DNA of 36,733 nt from Chiloscyllium plagiosum. Taxonomy: Eukaryota. The stretch lies in assembly GCF_004010195.1 (NCBI RefSeq), contig NC_057720.1, forward strand, positions 19,730,401-19,767,133, given 5' to 3'. This document shows positions 1 through 11,314 of this stretch, piece by piece. The position numbers and the translations under genes were made by a program. Under the pieces are notes generated by a model, which did not search any database, had not been told where the DNA came from, and saw nothing but the letters and a program-made list of their open reading frames with translations. Position 1 is the first letter of the stretch. The number at the start of each line of letters is the position of its first letter.

Positions 1-150
1 CTGAGGGGAGAAGGAAGCTCCCAGGAAGATGGAGTGAAGTCGAGTGCTGAAGGAGAGGTATAAGAAAGGAGGCTGCAAGAGGGGAGTCGGAGGAGAGGGT
101 TGCTTCAAGTGGGGATGAAGAGGGAGGCTGCAAAGGAGAGAAAACAGTTT

Positions 151-2048
151 TATAGAGTCATAGAGTCATAGAGATGTACAGCATGGAAACAGACCCTTCG
201 GTCCAACCAGTCCATGCCGACCAGATATCCCAACCCAATCTAGCCTCACCTACCAGCTCCCAGCCCATATCCCTCCAAACCCTTCCTATTCAAATTCCCA
301 TCCAAATGCCTCTTAAATGTTGCAATTGTACCAACTTCCACCACTTCCTCTGGCAGCTCATTCCATACATGTACCACTCTCTGCATGAAAACATTGCCCC
401 TTAGGTCTCTTTTGTATCTTTCCCCTCTCACCCTAAACCTACGCCCTCTAGTTCTGGTCTCCCCGACCCCAGGGAAAAGACTTTGTCTATTTACCCTATC
501 CATGCCCCTCATAATTTTGTAAACCTCTNNNNNNNNNNNNNNNNNNNNNNNNNNNNNNNNNNNNNNNNNNNNNNNNNNNNNNNNNNNNNNNNNNNNNNNN
601 NNNNNNNNNNNNNNNNNNNNNNNNNNNNNNNNNNNNNNNNNNNNNNNNNNNNNNNNNNNNNNNNNNNNNNNNNNNNNNNNNNNNNNNNNNNNNNNNNNNN
701 NNNNNNNNNNNNNNNNNNNNNNNNNGTCATCTGTAAACTTACTAACTGTACCTCTTATGTTTGCATCCAAATCATTTATGTAAATGACAAAAAGTAGAGG
801 ACCCAGCACCGATCCTTGTGGCACTCCACTGGTCACAGGCCTCCAGTCTGGAAAACAACCCTCCACCACCACCCTCTGTCTTCTACCTTTGAGCCAGTTC
901 TGTATCCAAATGGCTAGTTCTCCCTGTATTCCATGAGATCTAACCTTGCTAATCAGTCTCCCAGGGGGAACCTTGTCAAACCCTTACTGACATCCGTATA
1001 GATCACATCTACCGCTCTGCCCTCATCAATCTTCTTTGTTACTTCTTCCAAAAACTCAATCAAGTTTGTGAGACATGATTTCCCACGCACAAAGCCATGT
1101 TGACTATCCTTAATCAGCCCCTGCCTTTCCAAATACATGTACATCCTGTCCCTCAGGATTCCCTCCAACATGTTGCCCACCACTGAGGTCAGGTTCACTG
1201 GTCTATAGTTCCCTGGCTTGTCCTTATTACCCTTCTTAAACAGTGGCACCACATTAGCCAACCTCCAGTCTTCTGACACCTCGCTTATGACTATCGATTA
1301 TACGAATATCTCAGCAAGAGACCCAGCAGTCACTTCTCCAGCTTCCCACAGAGTTCTAGGGTACACCTGATCAGGTCCTGGGGATTTATCCACCTTTACT
1401 TGTTTCAAGACATCCAGCACTTCCTCCTCTGTAATCTGGACATTTTGCAAGATGTCACCATCTATTTCCCTACAGTCTATATCTTCCATATCCATTTCCA
1501 CAGTAAGTACTGATGCAAAATACTCATTTAAACTCCCCTCCCCCCCCCATTTTCTGCGGCTCCACACAAAGGCTGCTTTACTGATCTTTGAGGGGCCCTA
1601 TTCTCTCCCTAGTTACCCTTTTGTCCTAATGTATTTGTAAAACACCTTTGGATTCTCCTTAATTCTATTTGCCAAAGCTATCTCATGCCCCCTTTTTGCC
1701 CTCCTGATTTCTCTCTTAAGTATACTCCTACTGCCTTTATACTCTTCTAAGAATTCACTTGATCTGTCCTGTCTATACTTTACATATGCTTCCTTCTTTT
1801 TCTTATCCAAACCCTCAATATCTTTAGTCAACCAGCATTCCCTGCATCTACCAGCCTTTCCTTTCATCCTAACGGGAATATACTTTCTCTGGATTCTCAT
1901 TATCTAATTTCTGAAGGCTTCCCATTTTCCAGCTGTACCTTTACCTGCGAACATCTGACCCCAATCAGCTTTCGAAACTCCTTGCCTAATACCGTCAAAA
2001 TTGGCCTTTCTCCGATTTAGAACTTCAACTTTTAGATCTGGTCTATCC
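151..2048 (-). mobile_element. 5'-truncated CR1-clade LINE (HER1-like), disrupted ORF2 RT region plus 3' tail
   Basis: Peptides [49 protein letters not shown]; 8-nt tail repeat (GACTCTAT)n at ~151-172; frameshifts and stops. Confidence 0.93.
529..725. other. Assembly gap (197 N) inside a CR1 LINE
   Basis: Run of N; CR1 ORF2 sequence on both sides. Confidence 1.
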
Positions 2049-2058
2049 TTTAAACCTG

Positions 2059-2244
2059 GAGAAAGTGAGGACTGCAGATGCTGGAGACCAGAGTTGAAAC
2101 ATGTGGTGCTGGAAAAACACAGCAGGCCCGGCAGCATCCGAGAAGCAGGAGAATCGATGTTTCGGGCATCGACGTATCCTGAAGAAGGGCTTATGCCTGA
2201 AACATCGATTCTCCTGCTCCTTGGATGCTGCCTGGCCTGCTGTG
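2059..2244. mobile_element. Fold-back PLE-terminus insertion with degenerate hammerhead on +
   Basis: Inverted arms; TSD CTTTAAACCTG at 2048-2058 and 2245-2255; CTGAAGA-A-GGGC-TTAT-GCCT-GAAAC-ATC from 2179. Confidence 0.85.
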
Positions 2245-3180
2245 CTTTAAACCTGTCAATAAAGACACAGCTCACTAGGAGCCAGGAAACTTTTAAAAAT
2301 CACAGAGCTAATGAAATCCTTGCAAATTAATGTGGAATTTCTGGTTTATTGCTGAAACATGGGGAAAGAATGTAATAAATGCTTTTGTATTGAACACTGT
2401 CAGTTGTTAAAATTAAATTTGAGATCCATGATGCAGTAAGAAGGGTGATAATGGGTTAAACTCTTCACGCCTTGTGCATACACAGGACCTCACCAGTTTG
2501 TGTAAAGTATGTTTAAGATGATCTTTGCTTCGATCTAGATGCTTGTCAATTATTTTGAGAAAAAGGTTTTGTTCCTAACCGATATCTGTACTGATTGAAA
2601 ATTAATTCTTTCCGTTTGTTATAGGTTTAAGTTTAATGGATGGTCATTAATCACTGAGGATATCAATGAATTATTCCAATTCTGCTTTTGTGCCAGTCCA
2701 AATAGCCCATATCCACACAAATAAAGATAATGTTATTAAATGACTCCATCACCGAATGTAAATGTAATAATGAGAATGAAAAAGAGACACCTGAAAATCA
2801 CAATATAGTTCTCAATAAAACTTTAAGAAGTGTTTGACAAAAGTATTTATTTTGATCTATAATCCATGGTAGAAAAGATTTAAATAAATTGTAAAGGGAC
2901 AGCATACATTCTTTGGAATTCCTGATTAATGAATTGTTCCAGTCATGATGCAGGAGTTGCACATTTGGTTGCAAAAGTCAGGGAGTATACCTGGGAGAGG
3001 TTTTCATCACGATAACGTCTGGTTAAGTAAGACATTATTTTAATTGAACAGAAAGATGGTAAAAAAGGGCACAAATTGTGAAGCTAATCATAAAAGTAAT
3101 GAAAAGAAGAGGTAGAAATGATTCCTGCCAATGGACAGTGATTAGAATGTGAGATTCGTAACTCCAAATTGCTGTTGTAA

Positions 3181-3633
3181 GAGTCAGAGAGTCATAGAGA
3201 TGTACAGCAAGAAAACAGACTCTTTGGTCCGACACGTCCATGCCAGCCAGATATCCTAAATTAATTCAGTCCCATTTGCCAGCACTTGGCCAAATCCTTC
3301 CTATTCATGTACCCATCCAGATGCCTTTTAAAAGTTGTAATTGTACCAGCCTCCACCATTTCCTCTGGCACTCCATTCCATACCACTCTCTGCATAAAAA
3401 GGTTGCCCCTTAGGTCACTTTTAAATCTTTCCCCTCTCACTTTAAACCTTGGCCCTCTAGTTTTGAACTCCTTACCCTGGGGAAAAGACCTTGATTATTC
3501 ACCCTATACACAACTTTCATAATTTTGTAAACCTCTATAAGGTCACCCCTCAGCCACCGACATTCCAGGGAAAACAGCCCCAGCCAATTCAGCCTCTCCC
3601 TATAGCTCAAACCCTCCAACCCTGGCAACATCC
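3181..3633 (-). mobile_element. CR1 LINE 3' fragment (HER1-like)
   Basis: Peptide RMLPGLEGLSYRERL..LGLFSLE..LRGDLIEVYKIM; same 3' tail as 151-2048. Confidence 0.9.
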
Positions 3634-3787
3634 TAAATTCTTTACAGAGTAAATATGTTGCTTGAAAAGCAGGAATAGTAAAGAATATGGAGAGTGAGCT
3701 TGGGTAAAATACAACAAAATAAAATGTTAGCCACAATATGACACAGAGGAAGGAGAGATTAAAAGCTGGAGAAAAGTGTGTACGTAC

Positions 3788-3917
3788 AAGTGGTTGAGGA
3801 AGAAGCGATGTTGGATAATGAGATTTAAAAGGAAGTAGACGACTCCTTCAACTGCCATGGCAACAAGATTCTTGCCAACAAACTCCCAATGGAATGGACT
3901 AAAATAAAAATCTTCAC
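3788..3917 (-). CDS. ABCA4: ABCA4 exon ~40 (130 nt): [42 protein letters not shown]
   Basis: ctttacag|GT ... TT|gtacgt; GKNLxAMxVEGVVYF motif. Not present in the supplied ORF track. Confidence 0.97.
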
Positions 3918-4257
3918 CTGTAAAGCAAGGTTTAGCCCATTACCATTAAGCTCAAACGTTTCTAACCAATGAGAACAATTTTGAGTTCCAATCAGAATTA
4001 GAACTGTGCATAGTCTTAACCTTAAGGAGGAAGTATGTTATGCTTCGGCCTGCCCACGTAACGCACAGGATAAGAAACCTGTTGCCTAGCATCAGTTATC
4101 TTTGGACATGAAATGTGCACTGAAGCCTCCAATATGGTGTGTGGTGTTCACAGGCTCATTCTGTGTCAGAAGGGCAATGCATGTCACTCCGGTCACAGTC
4201 TCCAGGAATATTGTGTTTGCAGTACTCTGTTTTTGCCCATAGGCAAACTATTGGCTT

Positions 4258-6217
4258 ATAAAGGAGGAGGCATATAAATTGGCCAGAAAAAGCAGCAAAC
4301 CTGAGGACTGGGAGAAATTTAAAATTCAGCAGAGGAGGACAAAGGGTTTAATTTGGAAGGGGAGAATAGAATATGAAAGTAAGCTTGCGAAAAACGTAAG
4401 AACTGACTGCAAAAGCTTCTACAGATATGTGAAGAGAAAATGAGGAGTGAAGAGAAATGTAAGTCCCTTGCACTTTGAATCAAATGAATTCATGATAGAC
4501 AACAAAGAGATGGCAGACCAGTTGAAAAATGGCTTTGGATCTGTCTTCACTAAGAAGGACAAAAGTAACCTTCAGGAAGTGCTCAGGAACAGAGGGTCAA
4601 GCATGAAGGAGGAACTGAAGGAAATCGTTATTAGTGCAGAAATGTTATTGGGGAAATTGATGGGATTCAAACCCAATAAGTCCCCAGAGTCTGATGGTCT
4701 GCATTCCAGAGTAATTAAGGAAGTGGCCCTAAAAATAGCAGATGCAATGGTGATCATTTTCCAGCATTCTGTAGGCTCTGGAAGAGTTCCAATGGACTGG
4801 AGGGTAGCTAATGTAATCCCACTCTTAGGAGGGAGAGGAAAAATGGGGAATTATAGGCCGGTTAGCCTGACATTGGTGGTGGGGAAAATGCTGGAGTTAA
4901 TTATTAAGGATGTAATAGCTGAGCATTTGGAAAGCAGTGACAGAATCAGTTCTAGTCAGGATGGATTCACTAAAGTAAAATCTTCTGGAACTTTTTGAGG
5001 ATTTGACCAGTAGAGTGGATAAGGCTGAATCAGTAGATGTTGTGTATCTGGGTGTTCAAAAGACATTTGACAAGGTTCCACAGAAGTGTTTAGTAAGGAA
5101 AGTTAAAGCTCATGGTATCGAAGGTAATGCATTAACATGGTTAGAGAACTGGTTGGCAGACAGGAAGTAAATAGGTCCTTTTTGGAGTAGCAGGCAGTGA
5201 CGAATGGGGTGCTGCATGGTTCAGTGCTGGGACCCTTTTCAAAATAAACATTAATGATTTGGATGAAAGAATTGAATGCAATATCTCTATATTTGCAGAT
5301 GACACTAAGCTGGGTGGTAGTGTGTGCTGTGAGAATGTTATGAGGCTGCAGGGTGACTTGGACAGATTGGCTGAGTGGACAAATATTTGGCAAGTACAAA
5401 ACAGTGTGGATAAATGTGAAGTTATCCACTTTGGTGGCAAAAACAGGAAGGCAATTTATTATCTGAATGGCATCAATTTAGAAAAAGGTGAGGTACAATG
5501 AGATCTAGGTGTCATGGTGGAACAGTTGCTGCAGGTTGGTATGTAGGCGCAGCAGGCAGTGAGGAACGCTAATGGCATGCTGGCCTTCATAGCGAGAGGA
5601 TTTGAATATCGGAGGAAGGATGTCTTGCTGCAGTTATACAGGGCCTTGGCAAGGCCACACCTTGAGTACTGTGGGCAGTTTTGGTCTCATAGTCTGAGGA
5701 AGGGCATTCTTGCTACTGAGAGAGACCACACTGATCCCCATGATGGCAGGACTGACATGTGAGCAAAGACTGGATCGATTGGGCTTGTAGGCACTGGAAT
5801 TTAGAAGAATGAGGGGAGGAGGATCCTGTAGAAACATATAAAATACTGATGGGACTGGACAGGCTAGATGTGGGAAAAATGTTCCTGATGTTGGATAAGT
5901 CCAGAACAAGGGGTTGCAGTCTACGAATAAGGGGTAAGCCATTCAGGACGGGGATGAGGAAGAACTTCTTCACACAGAGAGTTGTGAACCTGTGGAATTC
6001 TCTCTCGCAGAAAGGTGTTGGGACAAGTTCATTAGATATATCCAAGAGGGAGCTGGACATGGCCCTTGCGGCTAAAGGGATCAAGGGGTATATTGGGAGA
6101 AGATGGGAGTGGGATCCTGAGATTGCATGATCAGCCATGATCATATTGAATGGTGTTGCAGACTTGAAGGGCCGAATGGCTTACTCCTGCAGCTATTTTT
6201 TATGTTTTGATGTTTAT
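4258..6217 (+). mobile_element. 5'-truncated CR1 LINE of a second subfamily, disrupted ORF2
   Basis: KSPESDG, NYRPVSLT, FADDTKL, RPHLEYC, WNSL; 3' end GGGCCGAATGGCTTACTCCTGC plus TATGTTTT-like tail. Confidence 0.93.
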
Positions 6218-6324
6218 AACCAATAGCTGGAGGCTGCCACTAAAAGCAAAGGACAACATTTTGTAGTTAACCTAACCATGAACCCAGGATGACCATCTCA
6301 TGACTTATTTACTGCCCACAGCAG

Positions 6325-6480
6325 GACAAAGCAGCCCGCTTGATTGGCAGCACATCCACAAACAACCATTCCCTCCACCATTTCAGTAGCAGCAGTGTGT
6401 ACTATTTACAAGATGCTGTGCAGAGATTCACCAAGGCTCCTTGGGCGGTCAGTGACATCCACATCCCATGAATGAACAAG
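6325..6480 (+). mobile_element. Old LINE 3' remnant, same family as 13730-14070
   Basis: Shared sequence CCCTCCACCA..GTAGCAGCAGTGTGTACTATTTACAAGATG. Confidence 0.55.
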
Positions 6481-6546
6481 AAAGGAGTTCACACCGCATT
6501 AGAACCTGGAATTAAAATACTCTTTATCAATAAACTGAAGACTTAC

Positions 6547-6670
6547 CAAACCTAGCATACACATCAGTCACTGCTTGATTCATGGCCATATCGACCAAAC
6601 CTCTTCCCAGGCAGAAATGTGGAAATATAATCAGAATATTTTTCAACATTTTATTGAACAATTGCAATGC
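6547..6670 (-). CDS. ABCA4: ABCA4 exon ~39 (124 nt): [42 protein letters not shown]
   Basis: ctgttccag|GCA ... G|gtaagt; [10 protein letters not shown] motif. Confidence 0.98.
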
Positions 6671-6769
6671 CTGGAACAGAATGGAAACATGACTGTTAGT
6701 GATAGACACTGGTTACAGACCAAACACTACTGAAAAAACAGACCAGGCTACTGAGTATCACTGTCATTT

Positions 6770-7035
6770 ATTGCCATGTATCTGCGCCAACCATCCATTG
6801 CCCTGTATCGCTGCCAACTACTCAACATGTTGCATGACTGCTGATCATTACTCATGCTGATCATTACCAGCCATCCATTACATCGTACATCTGTCAGCCA
6901 CTAAATACCATTTACCAGTCAGCATCTTTTGCACTTTATCATTGCAATCCATCTGTTAGTTTGTCCCACTGCCAATAACCTATTAGTCAATGCTGTAGCA
7001 GCTCATCTATTACACACAGTTGTCCATCTATTGCC
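6770..7035. repeat. Highly degenerate tandem repeat, period about 27 bp
   Basis: Recurring CTGCCAACCATCCATT-like units about every 24-27 nt, judged by eye. Confidence 0.45.
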
Positions 7036-7199
7036 CTCTTTCACTTTTAAACTTTGACAGAACAACAGAATTCTAATTGGCGTTAACATGTGTTTAAGAG
7101 CAAGAGGTTTTTGAGGATTCATTTATAGAACCAGCCAAGTGTTCACATTGGATGGAACTGGTGCACATTTAAATGGCAATCACAACTGGCAAAATATCC

Positions 7200-7690
7200 A
7201 CAAGTGAAATGCAGAACCCCTTGTTTTATGCAGTGAGTGGTTAGAATCTGGAATGCATTGCCTGAGAGTATACTGGAGCTGAAAAATGTGTTGCTGGAAA
7301 AGCGCAGCAGGTCAGGCAGCATCCAAGGAGCAGGAGAATCGACGTTTCGGGCACAAGCCCCTCCCCAGGCTTGTGCCCGAAACGTCGATTCCCCTGCTCC
7401 TTGGATGCTGCCTGACCTGCTGCGTTTTTCCAGAAACACATTTTTCAGCTTTGATTTCCAGCATCTACAGTCCTCACTTTCTCCTGAGAGTACACTGGAG
7501 GCAGATTCAATCATGGATTTCAAAAAAGAATTTGATGATTGTCGGAAGAGAAAAGGTTTCCAGGGCTTTGTGGGTGAAGGAGGTGTGGGATTCAGGGGGA
7601 CTAATTCGGTTGCCCTTGCAGAGAGCAAATACAGACATGATGGGCGGAATGATCTTCAGTATTGCACCCACTCTATGGTTTCATGATATT
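7200..7690 (+). mobile_element. Old CR1 3' fragment interrupted by a PLE fold-back insertion
   Basis: VVRIWNALPES / EADSIMDFKKEFD on either side of the insertion; CR1-type tail near 7670-7688. Confidence 0.8.
7279..7482. mobile_element. Near-perfect fold-back PLE-terminus insertion (stem about 83 bp, 8-nt loop at 7360-7367)
   Basis: TSD CCTGAGAGTA(T/C)ACTGGAG at 7261-7278 and 7483-7500; arms retain GCCCGAAACGTCGA but have lost CTGANGA. Confidence 0.9.
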
Positions 7691-7834
7691 AGCTCATTCA
7701 TCATTCAGCATTCACTTCTCTGTCCGATCAACAAATATGGTCACCAGATAAATTATCAAACCTCTTCCTTGTTTGACAAAAATGGTAAAACTAATGCATG
7801 ATTCAGAGACAAATGAGAACCAAAGAGAACCTAC

Positions 7835-7982
7835 CCTATTATTTTCAAACAACTCAAGTATGAAAGTGGCAGCACTGCCATTGATACCAATGAAGAGATT
7901 GATGCAGGACAGAGCCACATAGGCTGTGCTAGGAACACTGAAAACAAAGGATGCTGGGTACATCATGGGAGTCACTGCCCAT
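7835..7982 (-). CDS. ABCA4: ABCA4 exon ~38 (148 nt): [49 protein letters not shown]
   Basis: ttttaatag|A ... AGG|gtaggt; preceded by a short 121-nt intron (7983-8103). Confidence 0.98.
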
Positions 7983-8103
7983 CTATTAAAAAGAGAGATA
8001 CAGGAGTTACACTGCTGGCCTTAACATTGAGAAACAAAATCTAATAAATGAAGCAAAGGTAGCAGAAAACATAGAGGAGATAGGCTGCTGAGATTGGTCT
8101 TAC

Positions 8104-8219
8104 CCATAGAACAGCAACAAAGCTACGAATGCAGGCAGGTTTTGAGGAGAAGTGTAAGCTTTCTTATTGAAGCCAATGAAAATCAAGATCACCATCACCG
8201 TGGTTACTGAATAGTTACA
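8104..8219 (-). CDS. ABCA4: ABCA4 exon ~37 (116 nt): [39 protein letters not shown]
   Basis: gtttctcag|TGT ... GG|gtaaga. Confidence 0.97.
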
Positions 8220-8569
8220 CTGAGAAACAAAAAGACATTCAGGTTTCATTTTCAAGACAATGTTACAAATGCTGCCTGAAAACATAACTCACAAAAGTGA
8301 CATCAAAACACTTCAGCTCATATTCTCTCATGTTGAGGTCCATTGTTCTACCTAAATATTCTCAGGAAGGTTCAGCCTCTCCAGAAGGACTGGAAAGGAT
8401 AAGATGTGACAAACACCTTTTCTTCTTTATCCATCAAACTGCAACTTCAAATGCCACAGCACGTCATTGCTCCTGTGCACTGATATCAGAGCCAAGATAA
8501 GCATCAAATTCAAACTGTGCATCTCAGAACAAATGCACTGGTGGAAAACTCCAATTATTTAATCAATTT

Positions 8570-9246
8570 ATGTTTATTTGTCCACAGGATGTGAGCATCA
8601 CTATCTGGGCTAGCATTTAATGCCCATCCCTAAATCTCCAGTAGGCAGTTAAGAGTCAACCACATTGCTGTGGATCTGGCATCACATGTAGGCCAGACCA
8701 AGTAAGCACAGCAGATTTCCTTCCTTTAACGACATAAGGGAACTGGATGGGTTTTAATGACAATCAACTGTGGTCACCATTAGACTAGCTGTTTATTCTT
8801 TAACTTACAGACTTTAACAATCTGCTTTGGTGTGATTTGAGCCCATGTCTGCTGAACGTTAACCTGGGATCCTGGACTAGTGGGTGGCACGGTGGCACAG
8901 TGGTTAGCACTGCTGCCTCACAGCGCCAGAGACCCGGGTTCAATTCCCGCCTCAGGCGACTGACTGTGTGGAGTTTGCACATTCTCCCCGTGTCTGCGTG
9001 GGTTTCCTCCGGGTGCTCCGGTTTCCTCCCACATTCCAAAAATGTGCAGGTTAGGTGAATTGGCCATGCTAAATTGCCCCTAGTGTTAGGTAAGGGGTAA
9101 ATGTAGGGGTATGGGTGGGTTGCGCTTCGGCGGGTCGGTGTGGACTTGTTGGGCCGAAGGGCCTGTTTCCACACTGTAACGTAATCTAATCTAATCTAAT
9201 CTAACTACTTTCTCGTGATATTACCACTATACCACCATCCTCCCCC
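8570..9246 (-). mobile_element. Old tRNA-derived SINE split by an HE1 insertion
   Basis: Body 8570-8881 is the reverse complement of the family at 13553-13715; tRNA-like head resumes at ~9212-9246. Confidence 0.7.
8882..9204 (+). mobile_element. Full-length HE1-type V-SINE, probably young
   Basis: A box TGGCACAGTGG, B box GGTTCAATTCC, V-domain GTGTGGAGTTTGCACATTCTCCCCGTGTCTGCGTGGGTTTCCTCCGGGTGCTCCGGTTTCCTCCCAC, CR1-like tail, (TAATC)n end, many CpGs retained. Confidence 0.92.
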
Positions 9247-9326
9247 CAAACTCACATCAAAAAGACTCCTTCACAAGGTCAGCATTCTATTCCTAAATTA
9301 CCTTACAATCTGCAATTCAAAATATA

Positions 9327-9463
9327 GGTAAAAACAATGACTGCAGATGCTGGATTAGTGGTGCTGGAATATTCCTGATGAAGGGCTTTTGCCCGAAATG
9401 TCGATTTTACTGCTCCTCGGATGCTGCCTGAACTGCTGTGCTCTTCCAGCACCACTAATCCAG
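9327..9463. mobile_element. Fold-back PLE-terminus insertion with near-intact hammerhead on +
   Basis: TSD AATTCAAAATATA at 9314-9326 and 9464-9476; ATTC-CTGATGA-A-GGGC-TTTT-GCCC-GAAAT-GTC-GA at 9371-9404. Confidence 0.88.
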
Positions 9464-10146
9464 AATTCAAAATATATTCACAGTCTATTTAGTTCACTGA
9501 TCCAATGCATGACAATATTCTATTTCAGAGGCACCAAACACATCTCAAAAATTGGATGGAAGGGATTTTCATTTGGTAGTCTAGAGCTGGAATATTGCCA
9601 AAAAGAGAGACATGTGCTGAAGGACTTCAGCTTTTTCCAATCAGGATAAATGCAAGAATTCCAAATTTCAAACAATCACGACAATTTATGCGGATTGGTT
9701 GACAAGTTGACTGTGAGTGACCAAGACATTGTCAGGAAGGAAGCAATGGGTAGATATTCCACACTCTCTGTTGTATAAGTTATTGAGATGATTTGAAATT
9801 TTGCATCCTTGCATTTGTCCTGACAAATGCAAGAAGAAAACTTCTACAACACCTCTTTTTTCTGATAAATATTGACAATTATATGCTCTTTTCCTTGGGA
9901 TTAATTCAGATATTCCTCACTGGACCCTGTTATCTGATCTAAAAGTTAAAATCTTTTATTTAAATGTTTGGGCATCACAGATTTCCAATTCTACTGTGTT
10001 AATGAATAGAGTTATGCTTTCACACTAAAGTTGTAATACTAAATATCTCAAGATGGATAACATGTTATCGGATATTGTTAACCACATTTATTGTCTGCAA
10101 GTTCTAATTAACTACAAATTCAGTCATATGGCAAAATGCAACATAC

Positions 10147-10324
10147 CATATCCCAGAGAAAATTAGACACCCAGTAAGTAGTAGGGCTCATTCCACTGAC
10201 AAATTGCAGATGCTTAGCATTCGAAACTCTCTCCTGAATGAGGTAGAGCACAAAGCTGGCTGGGACAAATGACATGGCGAAGACCACACTGATTGAAATC
10301 ACTGCATCCACTGAGGTAGTTAGA
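10147..10324 (-). CDS. ABCA4: ABCA4 exon ~36 (178 nt): [59 protein letters not shown]
   Basis: cctttcag|T ... ATG|gtatgt; SFVPASFV and KHLQFVSG motifs. Confidence 0.98.
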
Positions 10325-10502
10325 CTGAAAGGAGGAACATCAGTAAATACGACGAAGCTCTAATGAGAGAAGCTAATATATAATTAATTTGATTGCCACA
10401 GCATGCTTTCAGAGGTTATGTTCCAAAGATTGTAAATCATAAAATTCATCACGATTGCAAATTGCTGGTGGTTAGGAGTGCCCGAGATTCTGATGAACTT
10501 AC

Positions 10503-10672
10503 ACAGTAACTTCTGAAAGTTGCTCCTTTGTGAGGTTGAGTGGGTGGTTTATAACAGTTATGCCATAGTCCTCTGCGTAATGAAGCTCAGGCAGGTTTGC
10601 TCGGAGAATCGCATTGTTGGCAACATTCATAAATGCTACTATGGCATGCCAGCCTTTGTTGTTGAACCATAC
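10503..10672 (-). CDS. ABCA4: ABCA4 exon ~35 (170 nt): [57 protein letters not shown]
   Basis: gttccag|GTA ... GT|gtaagt; VWFNNKGWH motif. Confidence 0.98.
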
Positions 10673-11314
10673 CTGGAACAGTCCATTACAATGAAACATT
10701 AAGAGAGGCAGGGGATCCTTCAGTACCAAATCTGGCACCAGATTTTAGAATTCAAGAGTTCAAGAACAAAGTGACTTTTGAGACCACATTTACATTAGGG
10801 TCAGCATTTACCCATTGACTTCACATCCTGATTCATTAAAGCAGCTTTGAAAAGTGCGGCATAAGTTGGTGTGCCACAGTGAGAGCCACAAGACGCAGGT
10901 TATATCCTCCACTCAATTGGATATTTTCAATCTTGGTTCAGCAAAAGGAATGCTATGTAAAGAACAGCTAAACACTGGAGCACTTAAAGACCAAAGCTGC
11001 ACACCTCCTGACAATAGGCTACAGAATAATGCTGGTAAGATGATTTAAAAATCCCAGGCGAGAGATCTGAGAAGTTTTCCACAGATACCATGAAGACGGG
11101 GCTGCCCTCTGTTTAAATGCTAGACCATTTTATTTTTTTCAAATTTCCCATGGAGTAAATGTTGCTGATTACATGTCAGTTTAGCTGGCTCAGATTCATG
11201 TACTGCACCATTCAACTCACTTGTTGGCTTAATACTTTAGTTATTGATTCATTCTTATAAAATGAATTGCAATGGCTTGATCTTTGAGCTCACTGAGATG
11301 AAGAACATTAATGC

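Noticed and set aside
1..3787. Search for ABCA4 exon ~41 (DEDDDV..ERQR)
   Set aside because: No matching sequence found; it presumably lies left of the window. The gap is flanked by CR1 sequence on both sides.
7143..7801. Overlapping ORFs with recurring peptides (LEKRSRSGSI, PETSILLLLGCC, WKSAAGQAAS), also near 2000, 22700, 28800 and 32500
   Set aside because: Translations of the non-coding PLE terminus on both strands, not genes.
8882..8950. tRNA gene
   Set aside because: A and B boxes belong to the SINE head and run directly into the V-domain.
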